Shown here: in pieces, positions 49,003 through 58,937 of the stretch
Layout of the letters: each line of letters begins with the position of its first letter
Position numbering within the stretch: the stretch's first letter is position 1
Virus record (IMG/VR): IMGVR_UViG_3300042448_001920
Coordinates: 2,102 to 66,101 of that record
Strand: one strand, 5' to 3'
Source of the DNA: a virus
Taxonomy: Duplodnaviria; Caudoviricetes
DNA length: 64,000 nucleotides
Program-made: the position numbers and the translations under genes
The notes under the pieces: model-generated
Seen by the model: only the letters and a program-made list of their open reading frames with translations
The model's database searches: none
What the model was told of the DNA's origin: nothing

Positions 49003-49838
49003 TGGAAAACATGGAAACAAATAACAATGATGATGTAATGGGTAAAGCAGCTGCCTCAGCAATTGAAAACCCAGAGGGTATGGTGCAAAGTTTAGATAAT
49101 TTAAAAAACACATTACAACAACTTGCGGATAAAGCAAAAGAAGTAAAAGCTACTGCTGGTGTAGAAGAAACTGGTGGTCAGGTTAAAGAAGATTCAGCAA
49201 AATCTTGGACTATGGAAGATACTATTGACGAGTTGATGTCTAAAATTGTGATGGGTCATACTTATTACGATGAACCATGGAATGAGAGAAACAGACCAAA
49301 ACTTAGCGGTGCTAGGTATAATATTAATGATGAATCTGGTGATACCGTTAAAGCAAATGCATCTGAAGACGATGTTATTGAGTACGCTAATACTGTTTAT
49401 CACTATGATATGGCTGACAATGAAGCTGAAGAATTTAAAACCTTCCAAGACGCTAAAAACGCCTTAGAAAATGAGGGTAATTTTATGGTTATTAATGTTG
49501 ATGACACAAAACAGATGAGTTTATTCCCATCTGAAAAGAAACAACCTGAAGAAAAACCAAATACTGTCATAAGTAAAATGGATGATTCAGAATACCAAAG
49601 ACTACTTAGTATGATTAACAACCCTTTTGTTCGTAACAAGATTGATGCTACGGTACAAATGTTAAGGGTTAATAAACAAAAAGAAGCGTATAGTCAATTA
49701 AGAAATTTATTGGATTCACTAAAAGAATCTAAAGAAAATTTGGTTGGTTCAGAAACATTTCGTATTATTGCAGAGTCAGAAAAACCAAAATTGACGAAAT
49801 CGGATATTTTGGAATTTGTTAAACAACGCAAAAAATAA
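49002..49838 (+). CDS. Hypothetical acidic protein (possibly head-associated)
   Basis: 278 aa; C-terminal IIAESEKPKLTKSDILEFV. Confidence 0.65.
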   Translation: MENMETNNNDDVMGKAAASAIENPEGMVQSLDNLKNTLQQLADKAKEVKATAGVEETGGQVKEDSAKSWTMEDTIDELMSKIVMGHTYYDEPWNERNRPKLSGARYNINDESGDTVKANASEDDVIEYANTVYHYDMADNEAEEFKTFQDAKNALENEGNFMVINVDDTKQMSLFPSEKKQPEEKPNTVISKMDDSEYQRLLSMINNPFVRNKIDATVQMLRVNKQKEAYSQLRNLLDSLKESKENLVGSETFRIIAESEKPKLTKSDILEFVKQRKK

Positions 49839-49847
49839 ATTTTAAAT

Positions 49848-49976
49848 ATGAAAAATAACCAACTAAGCCCAACTGAAAATCCAGTTGAAACTCCTGTAAA
49901 GACACCTAGTCCAGTTAAGGATCCATCAAAAATTGATATCCCCAAACCAAAGGCTGATCCAAAACCAAAAGCATAA
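49848..49976 (+). CDS. 42-aa Pro/Lys-rich peptide
   Basis: MKNNQLSPTENPVETPVKTPSPVKDPSKIDIPKPKADPKPKA. Fills the gap in operon orientation and is followed by a terminator. Confidence 0.65.
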   Translation: MKNNQLSPTENPVETPVKTPSPVKDPSKIDIPKPKADPKPKA

Positions 49977-49979
49977 AAA

Positions 49980-50011
49980 TTTGGTTGTTTAAAAACTTTT
50001 ACCTATATTTG
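49980..50011 (+). promoter_or_regulatory. Bacteroidota-type promoter
   Basis: TTTG-N20-TATATTTG. Confidence 0.6.
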
Positions 50012-50042
50012 CCTTGTTAATTATAAACAAGGCATTTTTTTT
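50010..50042 (+). terminator. Rho-independent terminator
   Basis: TGCCTTGTT-AATTATA-AACAAGGCA followed by T8. Confidence 0.7.
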
Positions 50043-51179
50043 ATGAGAAAATCAGGACTACAATTGGGTGATTACCCAAACTACATCGCTAAATCAACAG
50101 TTGATAAACTATCTAAGCGAACCCATCCATTGGCTAAAATGCCATACTACGATCAATCTACTCACCCAGAAACTTGGAGAGAGGAGATTATAGCATCTGA
50201 CCGTTATAAAGAATTGGTTGATTCTTATTGTAACACATTTGGTATGGATAAATCCCAATTAAATCCGATGGAAGTTATGATTTCCGCTAGTTCTGCTAAT
50301 TATATTGCAGTTAATAAAGAAAGTGGTAAAAGACCAAGACTTTGTTCATTGGCTGAAAAAATTATCAGAGAAGAATGGTTCCTTGGTAAGGATGAGGTTA
50401 TTTTTGATCTTGAAATATTAGAACCAGGTAACATTAAATTACCTGAAAATATGAGTATGGAATCACCTTTAACCGAGGAAGAAAAGGAAGAACTTGAAAA
50501 TGAAATGGAAGATGAGATTGTAAAGAGAAGGACAATTAATGCACTTGCGCAAGGTGCCTCATTAAGGGGTCATTACCTATTCCATTTATACCGTACTGAA
50601 ATTGAAGAAATTGTACCAGATATAACAAGTTATTATCAAAAAGCGTTAATTGCTAATGACTTATTTTATTATTTGATTAGTGATGAGATGTTTCAACAAC
50701 AAATTGAGAGCGATGATTCTAATAACGCAGGTTACGTTAAGCTTGACTTTAGCGGAGAAACACCTAAAATTATAGCAAAAGCGATTAATTTACCGATATT
50801 AATCCATGAAATGATAAAAGGTATTATTTCTCTACTATCTGTAGCTGGTTTACCAGAAAAAGATGCGGATAAAGTGATTGATTATGCTGATACTATCATT
50901 GCTGAGTTATGGGATATTCGTTTATTTCCTATTATATGGGGTAATTTTCACGCTTTAATTGATGAGGAAGATTATGACATTAAGAAGTTAATCTTAATGG
51001 ATCTCTTTAAAAGAGATGCTGAGGATTTTATTAATTTCATGTCATTGTTGGAACATCGACCTGATTACGCAAAAAAAGAGATAAAAGACATCGTCAAAGA
51101 AAAACGAATGGAAATTATGGAATATAATTTTGTTAAAGATGACCTTGACAATCTTGATTTAAGCGCTTTAGGACTATAA
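50043..51179 (+). CDS. Conserved-looking hypothetical protein with HExxKG motif
   Basis: KRRTINALAQG, LIHEMIKG, ADTIIAELWDIRL. Confidence 0.7.
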   Translation: MRKSGLQLGDYPNYIAKSTVDKLSKRTHPLAKMPYYDQSTHPETWREEIIASDRYKELVDSYCNTFGMDKSQLNPMEVMISASSANYIAVNKESGKRPRLCSLAEKIIREEWFLGKDEVIFDLEILEPGNIKLPENMSMESPLTEEEKEELENEMEDEIVKRRTINALAQGASLRGHYLFHLYRTEIEEIVPDITSYYQKALIANDLFYYLISDEMFQQQIESDDSNNAGYVKLDFSGETPKIIAKAINLPILIHEMIKGIISLLSVAGLPEKDADKVIDYADTIIAELWDIRLFPIIWGNFHALIDEEDYDIKKLILMDLFKRDAEDFINFMSLLEHRPDYAKKEIKDIVKEKRMEIMEYNFVKDDLDNLDLSALGL

Positions 51180-51184
51180 TAAAC

Positions 51185-51192
51185 TATTTATA
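51185..51192 (+). promoter_or_regulatory. Putative late promoter motif TATTTATA
   Basis: 15 nt upstream of the terminase TTG start. Confidence 0.6.
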
Positions 51193-51207
51193 TGGAAACA
51201 ATAGGCC

Positions 51208-53019
51208 TTGGCAAAACAAATTACAGATAAAAAAGAATTACTTTTAGAGTTCGCAAGATGCTCTCAAGACCCTTGTTATGTTATAGAAAGTTATTTCGAA
51301 ACTTTTGATAAAACAAGAGAGGGGTATGTACCTTTTGAACTTTTTGATGGCCAAAGAACTTTAGTTTCTAACTATAGAAAACATAGATTTAATTTAGTTC
51401 TAAAATATCGTCAGGCTGGTATCTCAACGGTAACAGCCGCATATTCTGCTGTACTCACAGCTTTCGCTAGTCCAGACAGACCTGAGAAAGTATTGATTCT
51501 TGCCAACAAGCAAGAAACAGCGATTGAGTTCCAAAACAAAATCATTAACTTCATTAAACAATTACCTGATTGGGTAAATGTAACATTTGATAAATCATCG
51601 CAAAAACACGTTAGATTATCTAATGGTTCTGAAATTAAAGCCGTTGCAACATCTCAGGATGCCTTGCGTGGTTATACACCTACGGTCTTATTAATTGACG
51701 AGGCTGCGTTCGTTGAAGGTGGTCAAGAGTTATGGACAGCGTGTTTGGCCTCAATTGGTACTGGTGGTAAAGCTGTATTAATTTCAACACCTAACGGATT
51801 AGATCCAATCTATTACGCCTCATATGAGGGTGCAATTAAAGGTGATAATAGTTTCTGTGTTACTCACTTAAAATGGTGGCAAGATCCACGATTCAACAAA
51901 GATTTACGTTTAATTAAAACTAAAGATATTGTTGACTGGATTCAAAAACCAAATACTGAAAAACACGAAGAAATTATTGAATCGGTTATTGATTTACACC
52001 CAGATGTTATAGCTAAATTTATCGCAGATGGTTATAAACCACACTCCACATGGTATGAAAACATGTGTAGGGATATGAACTTTAACAAACGTATGATTAA
52101 CCAGGAGTTGGAATGTGCGTTTATTGGATCTGGTGATAACGTAATTGAAGGTGAGGTTATTAGAAAACAAGAACAAGAAAATGTTAGAGTTCCTGAGGTT
52201 AAAGATAAAGCTTGGGACAGTAACCTATGGATATGGCAATTACCACAAAAGGGTCATAGATACATATTAGCCCTTGACGTATCCAGAGGTGACTCTGAAG
52301 ATGCTACGGGTATGTGTATTATTGATTACGATACTTTTGAGCAGGTTTTAGAGTATCATGGTAAAGTTCCACCAGATGTAGCCGCTTTAATTGTAGACCA
52401 ATACGGTAGAATGTATGACGCATTGTCAACATTTGATATTACAGGTGGTATGGGTATAGCCTCAACACAAAAACTAAAAGAATTGGGTTACCCTAAAAAA
52501 TTATTACATTATGATAATGATGGTGATAGTAACAGCATGTATTACATGCCAGATGAAAACGCTATACCAGGTATTAATTTTGCATCTAAAAACAGAAGGA
52601 GTCAAATTGTGGCTGCTTTAGAAGAAGCTGTTGCTAGAGGTGGTTTTAAAATACGCAGCGAAAGATTGACAGCTGAGTTAAAAAAATTCGTTTATAAAAA
52701 CGGTAAACCAGACCACATGAAAGGTTCACACGATGACCTTATTATGGCCCTTGGTATGTGTCTATTTGTGGCTAACACATCATTTAAAAGGTTACAAGAA
52801 TCTGATAATATGACCAGAGCTATGTTAGACAGTTGGAAAATAACAACTAATAACACAAAAACAGATGCAGACTATTTATTAAAAGACGTAACTAGCTCAC
52901 CAAATCCTGATAAATCATATTATAATTCTGATGAATTTGCTACGAATAATAATATGATGAACACCAGGGAATTTTCTTGGCTTTTTGGCGTTATGAAACC
53001 TAAACCTAATAATAATTAA
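51208..53019 (+). CDS. terL: Terminase large subunit (T4 gp17-like)
   Basis: LKYRQAGIST, LLIDEAAF, ISTPNG, QELECAF, LDVSRG, HDDLIMALG. Confidence 0.95.
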   Translation: MAKQITDKKELLLEFARCSQDPCYVIESYFETFDKTREGYVPFELFDGQRTLVSNYRKHRFNLVLKYRQAGISTVTAAYSAVLTAFASPDRPEKVLILANKQETAIEFQNKIINFIKQLPDWVNVTFDKSSQKHVRLSNGSEIKAVATSQDALRGYTPTVLLIDEAAFVEGGQELWTACLASIGTGGKAVLISTPNGLDPIYYASYEGAIKGDNSFCVTHLKWWQDPRFNKDLRLIKTKDIVDWIQKPNTEKHEEIIESVIDLHPDVIAKFIADGYKPHSTWYENMCRDMNFNKRMINQELECAFIGSGDNVIEGEVIRKQEQENVRVPEVKDKAWDSNLWIWQLPQKGHRYILALDVSRGDSEDATGMCIIDYDTFEQVLEYHGKVPPDVAALIVDQYGRMYDALSTFDITGGMGIASTQKLKELGYPKKLLHYDNDGDSNSMYYMPDENAIPGINFASKNRRSQIVAALEEAVARGGFKIRSERLTAELKKFVYKNGKPDHMKGSHDDLIMALGMCLFVANTSFKRLQESDNMTRAMLDSWKITTNNTKTDADYLLKDVTSSPNPDKSYYNSDEFATNNNMMNTREFSWLFGVMKPKPNNN

Positions 53020-53033
53020 AACAATTAAACAAA

Positions 53034-53273
53034 ATGGCAAATATAATTAAACAAGCTAGAAGTACTGGACCAGGGTCCACATCAATCATTAGAAAAGTAG
53101 ACCCAAAAAATTTAGACAGAAGAGATGGTAGAGCATTGCAAAGAAATATTGATGCAATTAAATGCTCACCAGAATCAGATGGTACAACAACATATGTACA
53201 AAAAAAAGAATGGGTCGAAGCTGTTGAAAATTACAACTTCCCACCATATGTAGATTGTGAATACGTAAATTAA
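53034..53273 (+). CDS. Hypothetical protein
   Basis: 79-aa ORF between terminase and portal. Confidence 0.6.
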   Translation: MANIIKQARSTGPGSTSIIRKVDPKNLDRRDGRALQRNIDAIKCSPESDGTTTYVQKKEWVEAVENYNFPPYVDCEYVN

Positions 53274-53279
53274 AAATAT

Positions 53280-55139
53280 ATGGCAGATAATAGATTAACA
53301 ATATTTCAAAGATTAAATAAAGTTCTCGGCAATGAAGTCGATGGGCCAAAATACGTCATTGACCCTAGTTCATTCAATGGGTTAAGTGGTGATGATTTGG
53401 AACAAAAAAAGTTAGAGGCGCAACAAACGCTATATCTACAAAATCAGTGGAAAAAAATTGATAATGAACTTTATCAAAAAGCCGTTTACTATGAACCAAC
53501 AAGAATTGCGTCATATTATGATTATGAAGCCATGGAATATACTCCAGAAATTTCTGTTGCGTTGGATATTTTTGCTGAGGAAGCAACAACTGCAAATGAA
53601 AACGGTAAAGTTTTAACAATTTATTCTGATAGCACAAGAATTAAAAAAGAGTTAACGGATTTATTCGAAAATGTTTTGGATATTAACGCTAACCTTACGT
53701 CTTGGGCTAGAAACGTATGTAAATACGGTGATAACTTTGTCTATAACAAGATTGTACCTAACCAAGGTATTGTTGGCGTAACCCAATTACCTAATATTGA
53801 GATGACCAGATCTGAACCAGGTTTTTCAAAGGTTACAAGTTTGGATGATCAACAAAAAGAAAAAAACATTAAATTTTTCTGGAAAGATAAAAACGTTGAG
53901 TTTAACTCATTTGAAATTTCTCACTTTAGATTACTTGGTGACGATAGGAGATTACCGTATGGTACCTCTATGCTTGAAAAAGTAAGAAGGATTTGGAAAC
54001 AATTATTGTTATCTGAAGATGCTATGTTAGTTTACCGTGTAACCAGAGCACCAGAAAGACGTGTTTATAAAGTATTCGTTGGTAATATGGATGATAAAGA
54101 TGTTGATGCTTATGTTGACAAGATCGCCAATAACTTTAAAAGGGTTAATATGGTTAATAAAGATAATGGTAATCAGGATACACGTTATAACGCATTAGCT
54201 GTTGATCAGGACTATTTTATCCCTGTTAGGGATCCAAGCCTTGCGATGCCAATTGAGACGCTTCCTGGGGCTCAAAACCTATCAGAAATAGCCGATATCG
54301 AATACATTCAAAAGAAAATGCTTGCCGCTCTTAGAGTACCTAAAGCTTTTATTGGTTTTGAAGAAACAACTGGTGATGGTAAAAACTTGGCCATCCTTGA
54401 TGTTCGTTTTGCAAGAGCCGTACATAGAATACAAAAAGCTCTTATCCAAGAGTTAAATAAAATGGCTATTATCCATTTATATACCAAAGGTTTTACAGAT
54501 GACCTAGAAAACTTTACATTAACATTAACAAGCCCATCCACACAAGCTGAAATGCTTAAAATCCAAAACTGGAAAGAGAAGGTTACGTTATATCGTGATG
54601 CGGTTTCTGATGCTGGTAATGGATTCTCAGCTATGTCAATGACTTATGCTAAGAAAGAGATCTTAAACATGAGTGATGATGAGATTAAACTTGATATCCA
54701 AAGACAAGCTGTTGAAAAAGCTGGTGGTGAGGAAATTAAAGCTCTTGGAGAAACCATTAAACAAACAGGTATATTCAGAGATATTTACAAAATTTACAAA
54801 ATCGACCCTAATAACATGACACTTGGTGCTACTGGTGGAACTGGTTCAGACGCTGCTGCTATGGGTGGTGGTGGTGGATCCATGGGCGGTGGTATGACGG
54901 AACCTGCTGGTGGTACAGACTTTACAGCACCTTTAGAAGTTCCAGGAGCTGAGGCTGGTGCTGAAATACCTGGTGCGGAAACCCCAGAAGCTGGTGCCGA
55001 AACAGAGGCTAGTACGGAAATACCTGGTACTGAAGAACCTTTAGCTGAGATAACTAAAAGAAAATTAGATGCTAAGAATAAATTAATCAATGAGGCGCTC
55101 AAAAAAACAATTGATGAAATTGACGATTTATTGGTATAA
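53280..55139 (+). CDS. Portal protein (T4 gp20-like)
   Basis: YEAME..PEI..ALDI, PYGTSMLE, EDAMLVYRVTRAPERRV, DYFIPVR, IETLPG, ALRVPKA. Confidence 0.95.
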   Translation: MADNRLTIFQRLNKVLGNEVDGPKYVIDPSSFNGLSGDDLEQKKLEAQQTLYLQNQWKKIDNELYQKAVYYEPTRIASYYDYEAMEYTPEISVALDIFAEEATTANENGKVLTIYSDSTRIKKELTDLFENVLDINANLTSWARNVCKYGDNFVYNKIVPNQGIVGVTQLPNIEMTRSEPGFSKVTSLDDQQKEKNIKFFWKDKNVEFNSFEISHFRLLGDDRRLPYGTSMLEKVRRIWKQLLLSEDAMLVYRVTRAPERRVYKVFVGNMDDKDVDAYVDKIANNFKRVNMVNKDNGNQDTRYNALAVDQDYFIPVRDPSLAMPIETLPGAQNLSEIADIEYIQKKMLAALRVPKAFIGFEETTGDGKNLAILDVRFARAVHRIQKALIQELNKMAIIHLYTKGFTDDLENFTLTLTSPSTQAEMLKIQNWKEKVTLYRDAVSDAGNGFSAMSMTYAKKEILNMSDDEIKLDIQRQAVEKAGGEEIKALGETIKQTGIFRDIYKIYKIDPNNMTLGATGGTGSDAAAMGGGGGSMGGGMTEPAGGTDFTAPLEVPGAEAGAEIPGAETPEAGAETEASTEIPGTEEPLAEITKRKLDAKNKLINEALKKTIDEIDDLLV

Positions 55140-55154
55140 TAAAAAAATAACTGA

Positions 55155-55162
55155 TATTTATA
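55155..55162 (+). promoter_or_regulatory. Putative late promoter motif TATTTATA
   Basis: 15 nt upstream of the ATG at 55178. Confidence 0.6.
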
Positions 55163-55177
55163 TAAAAAATTAAACAA

Positions 55178-55891
55178 ATGTTTGGACAATTAAAAGAAAG
55201 TATTCTTTCAGATTTAGAAAAAACATACCAAGAAAAAGGTGAAAAAGATTTTAAGAAATCTTTTGCTAAGTATGTTAAAGTATTAAAAGAAAATAACGTA
55301 TTAAGAGAGTTTAATGAGGTTTATAACTTATTGAACACAATGAAATTTGAAAACGAAGAAATTGCAAAAGAATTCGTTGAAGAATCAATAATACATTTAA
55401 AATCTTTTGATTTAACAAAAGTTGATGCTTTAAAAAGTTTAACTGAAAACGTTACTATTGTTAATAACACAATTAACGAAAGTATCGACCAGCTTATTTT
55501 TAATAAAAAAATATCTTTAGTTGATAAAGTTAAACATAAAACAAATTTGGTTAAACACTTAACTAGAGTTGATGAAAATGTTGTATCGTTAAAAGAATCA
55601 ATCGATAAGATTAATGAAAGTTTAGCGGATAAAATCTCAAAATTAAATGAGGAACAAGTAAAGGTTTTAAATTTATTTGCTGAAAATGATGAATCGGCTA
55701 TTAATGAATATTACACAACATTAATTGAAAGCACACAAGGTGTGGTTGAAGAGACTATCAATAAAGCTGATGACATTATTGTTGTTAAGAAATTATTAGA
55801 GGTTAGATCAAAGTTAAATGAGATGAAAAATCAAAAACCATCGCTAGATGTCATTGATAACGTACTTGATTTAAAGAAAAGTTTCGAATAA
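55178..55891 (+). CDS. Probable prohead core/assembly protein
   Basis: Helical, E/K-rich with many [LI]xE sites, immediately after the portal gene. Confidence 0.55.
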   Translation: MFGQLKESILSDLEKTYQEKGEKDFKKSFAKYVKVLKENNVLREFNEVYNLLNTMKFENEEIAKEFVEESIIHLKSFDLTKVDALKSLTENVTIVNNTINESIDQLIFNKKISLVDKVKHKTNLVKHLTRVDENVVSLKESIDKINESLADKISKLNEEQVKVLNLFAENDESAINEYYTTLIESTQGVVEETINKADDIIVVKKLLEVRSKLNEMKNQKPSLDVIDNVLDLKKSFE

Positions 55892-55913
55892 AACAAAATT
55901 ACTTATAAAAAGT

Positions 55914-55945
55914 AAAGCCAGGGTAGCGAATCCTGGCTTTTTTTT
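55914..55945. terminator. Terminator hairpin between convergent genes
   Basis: AAAGCCAGG-GTAGCGAAT-CCTGGCTTT followed by a T-tract. Confidence 0.8.
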
Positions 55946-55992
55946 GTTCCATAACTGGAACGGTCCTAAAACACCGCTTATAGCGGAATATC

Positions 55993-56301
55993 TTATTTGG
56001 TTTCCTCAACCGCAGTATCTTCAGTAGCAGCTGACGCCTCAGCATTTGATTTCGCTATTGATACTTTGTGACCAGTATAGTTTTTATAACCAATTAAAGC
56101 GGCCCCAATCATGGTAAAAGCCACCGCCTGGTTAATTACGTCCATACTTTTGTCAATGAACATTTTATCAATCACCCCTAATAAGAATGATAAACAGCCA
56201 ATCATTACGATTATAAAGCCTGATGTTGATGTTACAGATGTTTTTCCGTCTGGGTTCGATGTCATCTCACCGAAAGACCATTTTTTGATGTCTACGTTCA
56301 T
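55993..56301 (-). CDS. 2-TM membrane protein, holin candidate
   Basis: GFIIVMIGCLSFLLGVI and AVAFTMIGAALIGY. Late motif TATTTATA at 56319-56326 on the minus strand. Confidence 0.6.
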   Translation of the reverse strand: MNVDIKKWSFGEMTSNPDGKTSVTSTSGFIIVMIGCLSFLLGVIDKMFIDKSMDVINQAVAFTMIGAALIGYKNYTGHKVSIAKSNAEASAATEDTAVEETK

Positions 56302-56406
56302 AATTAATGTGTGTTTAATATAAATATCCGAAATTTGCTTTAATGAACTTTTTTTCTTATTATTATATTAATAAATAATAAAAAAGACTAAACATGAAGA
56401 AAGAAA

Positions 56407-56856
56407 ATGCAATGCAAATTTGGGAAAGAAAAGAAACTCTTTACAGACGAGAGATTTCGAGTTAAATACGGTACGATTGATGCCGTAAAATTAAACGCAG
56501 TATACCTAAATATCGAATCCTGGGTACAACCAAAAGATATAGAAAATTACGATTCATATATCAGGTTAATGCGAAAACAAATTATTGTTAAAATAAAGGA
56601 TAGTATCGACACAATAACGTTTAATGAGAATTTTATTGTTGATCTAGACCTGAGAGCTTCAGGTATGTCAACAGATAAAAAAAGTTTTATGTTTATCGAA
56701 TTAACCGTGTATCCAAAAGAAAAATTGAAATTTAATTCAACTTTAATGTTTAAAAAAATGCAAGAATTATCTAATCTTGTGATAGAATCCTTAGAACAGA
56801 ATAAATTAAACTACTTTTCAAAAAAATCAAATGCTAGATCAAGAAGACTTATATGA
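56407..56856 (+). CDS. Hypothetical protein
   Basis: 149-aa ORF; YGTID...IVDLDLRASG...SFM.IE.T. Confidence 0.7.
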   Translation: MQCKFGKEKKLFTDERFRVKYGTIDAVKLNAVYLNIESWVQPKDIENYDSYIRLMRKQIIVKIKDSIDTITFNENFIVDLDLRASGMSTDKKSFMFIELTVYPKEKLKFNSTLMFKKMQELSNLVIESLEQNKLNYFSKKSNARSRRLI

Positions 56857-57754
56857 GATGTCTCCAGAAGAGGGACAGGAAATGCTTAAAGACCATTTAG
56901 AAAAAATATACCCATCAATTGAATCGTGGTATACAATAAACAATACTGATTTCTTTTTTAATTTTAAAACAGTTGCCACTGTTGAATCTGGTTTATATAG
57001 CATGATATATAACGATGGTAACGGCTTTGGTGTTTCAAAACTACCATATAAAAGCGATGAATTTTTTCATTTACCATCATTACCACATAATGAAATTATT
57101 GATGATTTAATTAATTTTTGGGATAATGTTGATAGGTTTAAAAAATATAACCTAACACCTAAAAGAGGTATTATTTTATATGGTGACCCAGGTTGCGGTA
57201 AAACATCATTAATTTATTTATTAGTTGATAAGTTAAAAGAATATAACGGACTGTCAATCTATTTTGATAACCCATTTAATTGGGTTGAATTAGCTAAATT
57301 AGTTAGAAAGGTTGAAAAGACAAGACCTTTACTTTGTATCATTGAAGATATAGATCTTGTAATTCAAAAGTTCGGTGAGGAAGTTTTTTTAAACTTTTTA
57401 GATGGCCTAAACTCAATAGATAATGTTGTTTACGTTGCCACAACAAATAATCTTGAGAAAATACCAGCTAGGATTAAAGATAGACCATCAAGATTTGATA
57501 AAAAATATAAGATAGAAAAGCCAACCGCAGAAGATAGAAAGATTTATTTCAAGGAGATATTGGATGAAGAAGACCAAAAGCTGTATGACATGGATAAATT
57601 AGTTAAAGATACTAATGGTTATACCATGGCCCATCTTAAGGAAACTTTTATTTCATTATATATTCTTAAAAACCCATATGATGAAACGATCAAGCGATTA
57701 AAAAATAAAAAAATTGCTGACGAAAGAATGGGATTTGATCTTTCTGATGATTAA
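56831..57754 (+). CDS. AAA+ ATPase
   Basis: RGIILYGDPGCGKTS, IIEDID, LNFLDG, ATTN, RPSRFD. Confidence 0.9.
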   Translation: MLDQEDLYEMSPEEGQEMLKDHLEKIYPSIESWYTINNTDFFFNFKTVATVESGLYSMIYNDGNGFGVSKLPYKSDEFFHLPSLPHNEIIDDLINFWDNVDRFKKYNLTPKRGIILYGDPGCGKTSLIYLLVDKLKEYNGLSIYFDNPFNWVELAKLVRKVEKTRPLLCIIEDIDLVIQKFGEEVFLNFLDGLNSIDNVVYVATTNNLEKIPARIKDRPSRFDKKYKIEKPTAEDRKIYFKEILDEEDQKLYDMDKLVKDTNGYTMAHLKETFISLYILKNPYDETIKRLKNKKIADERMGFDLSDD

Positions 57755-57779
57755 CCACGCACTTAACTTGTTTTCATTA

Positions 57780-57787
57780 TATTTATA
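57780..57787 (+). promoter_or_regulatory. Putative late promoter motif TATTTATA
   Basis: 17 nt upstream of the protease ATG. Confidence 0.6.
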
Positions 57788-57804
57788 TTATATAATCTAC
57801 TAAA

Positions 57805-58518
57805 ATGGGTATAAAAATATTAAAAGAAAACGAAGAAGGTTTTGGTATCTTAATTGAAGGTGATGCTGGTTCAGTATCCGAGGTATTACAAGGGCAAATT
57901 ATAAATGAGGAAATTAGTAAGGGCCCGATAGATTTATCTGGACCCATATACTATTACGCCACATTACAAAAATATGGTGTTGAAAATAGAAATGGTAGGG
58001 TTTATCCTGAGAATATCTTAAGAAAAGAAGTTGAGAGATATAGAGAAGTTATTGCTCGTAATTCCAGTTTTCATGAATTGGATCACCCACAGGAATCGGT
58101 TATATCACTTAAAGGTGGTTCACCACATAGGATAGTTGATATCTTCTGGAAAGATAATGTTCTTATCGGTAAATTAGAAATATTAGTATCTGAAGGTTTT
58201 AGAAGAGGTGGTATAATTTCTTGCAATGGTGATTTAGTAGCACACTACTTAAGTTATGGTATGACATTAGGTATCTCATCTAGAGGTGTTGGTAGCCTTA
58301 AAAAGATCAACGGTAAAAATGTTGTGCAAGATGACTTCGAATTAATATGTTGGGATATTGTTTCATCACCGTCTACCCCAGGTTCTTACTTATATAAAGA
58401 CCCACAGGATTTCAAAAAATATGATGAAGTTTTAAACGAACCAGCTGGTATTGAAGAAAACGCAGCACCAGAAGAGGATAGTTTTTTAGCAAATCTTAAT
58501 AAATTTTTGAAGTTTTAA
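57805..58518 (+). CDS. Prohead core protease (T4 gp21-like)
   Basis: NRNGRVYP, ELDHP, GISSRGVGS, DIVSSPSTPG. Confidence 0.92.
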   Translation: MGIKILKENEEGFGILIEGDAGSVSEVLQGQIINEEISKGPIDLSGPIYYYATLQKYGVENRNGRVYPENILRKEVERYREVIARNSSFHELDHPQESVISLKGGSPHRIVDIFWKDNVLIGKLEILVSEGFRRGGIISCNGDLVAHYLSYGMTLGISSRGVGSLKKINGKNVVQDDFELICWDIVSSPSTPGSYLYKDPQDFKKYDEVLNEPAGIEENAAPEEDSFLANLNKFLKF

Positions 58519-58572
58519 GTTGTTTTTTTAAAAAATTTTTACTACTATTATAGCAGTTAAAAAATATTTTTT

Positions 58573-58812
58573 ATGAAAACTTACTATTGGTACACAGTTA
58601 CAATTCAATTCGTTGTTGAAGACGAGCAAACAGGAAAAATTAAAAAGATTAAAGAAAATTATCTTACCAAAGCAATCTCTGTTACTGACGCAGAAGCCTC
58701 TGTAATCAAGGATCTTGAAGGTACAATGGGTGATTTTAGAATCTTAAAAATTGATGAGTCTAAAATTGTTAGAGTTATCCTTCCACAAGGAGTTGACATC
58801 AACGCTGAATAA
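58573..58812 (+). CDS. DUF4494-like protein (family typical of Bacteroidota and their phages)
   Basis: GKIKKIKENYL..A.SVTDAEA...F.I..I.ESKI. Confidence 0.65.
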   Translation: MKTYYWYTVTIQFVVEDEQTGKIKKIKENYLTKAISVTDAEASVIKDLEGTMGDFRILKIDESKIVRVILPQGVDINAE

Positions 58813-58833
58813 AAAACTAAGACAAAAACATTT

Positions 58834-58865
58834 AAAAAACCATCCATATCGGGTGGTTTTTTTTT
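58834..58865 (+). terminator. Rho-independent terminator
   Basis: AAAAACCATCC-ATATC-GGGTGGTTTTT followed by further T. Confidence 0.75.
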
Positions 58866-58937
58866 GCTTAATGCCCATGTTATATGGGAAAAAAGGGATA
58901 ATTTTTATTTTTTTTTGTTCTTTTGATATTTTCATAG

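Noticed and set aside
51880-52100. Intein or intron in the terminase linker
   Set aside because: Short in-frame insertion without splicing motifs; the frame is continuous.
54820-55040. Gly/Glu/Pro-rich repeats at the portal C-terminus as a separate element
   Set aside because: Low-complexity acidic tails are common on T4-like portal proteins.
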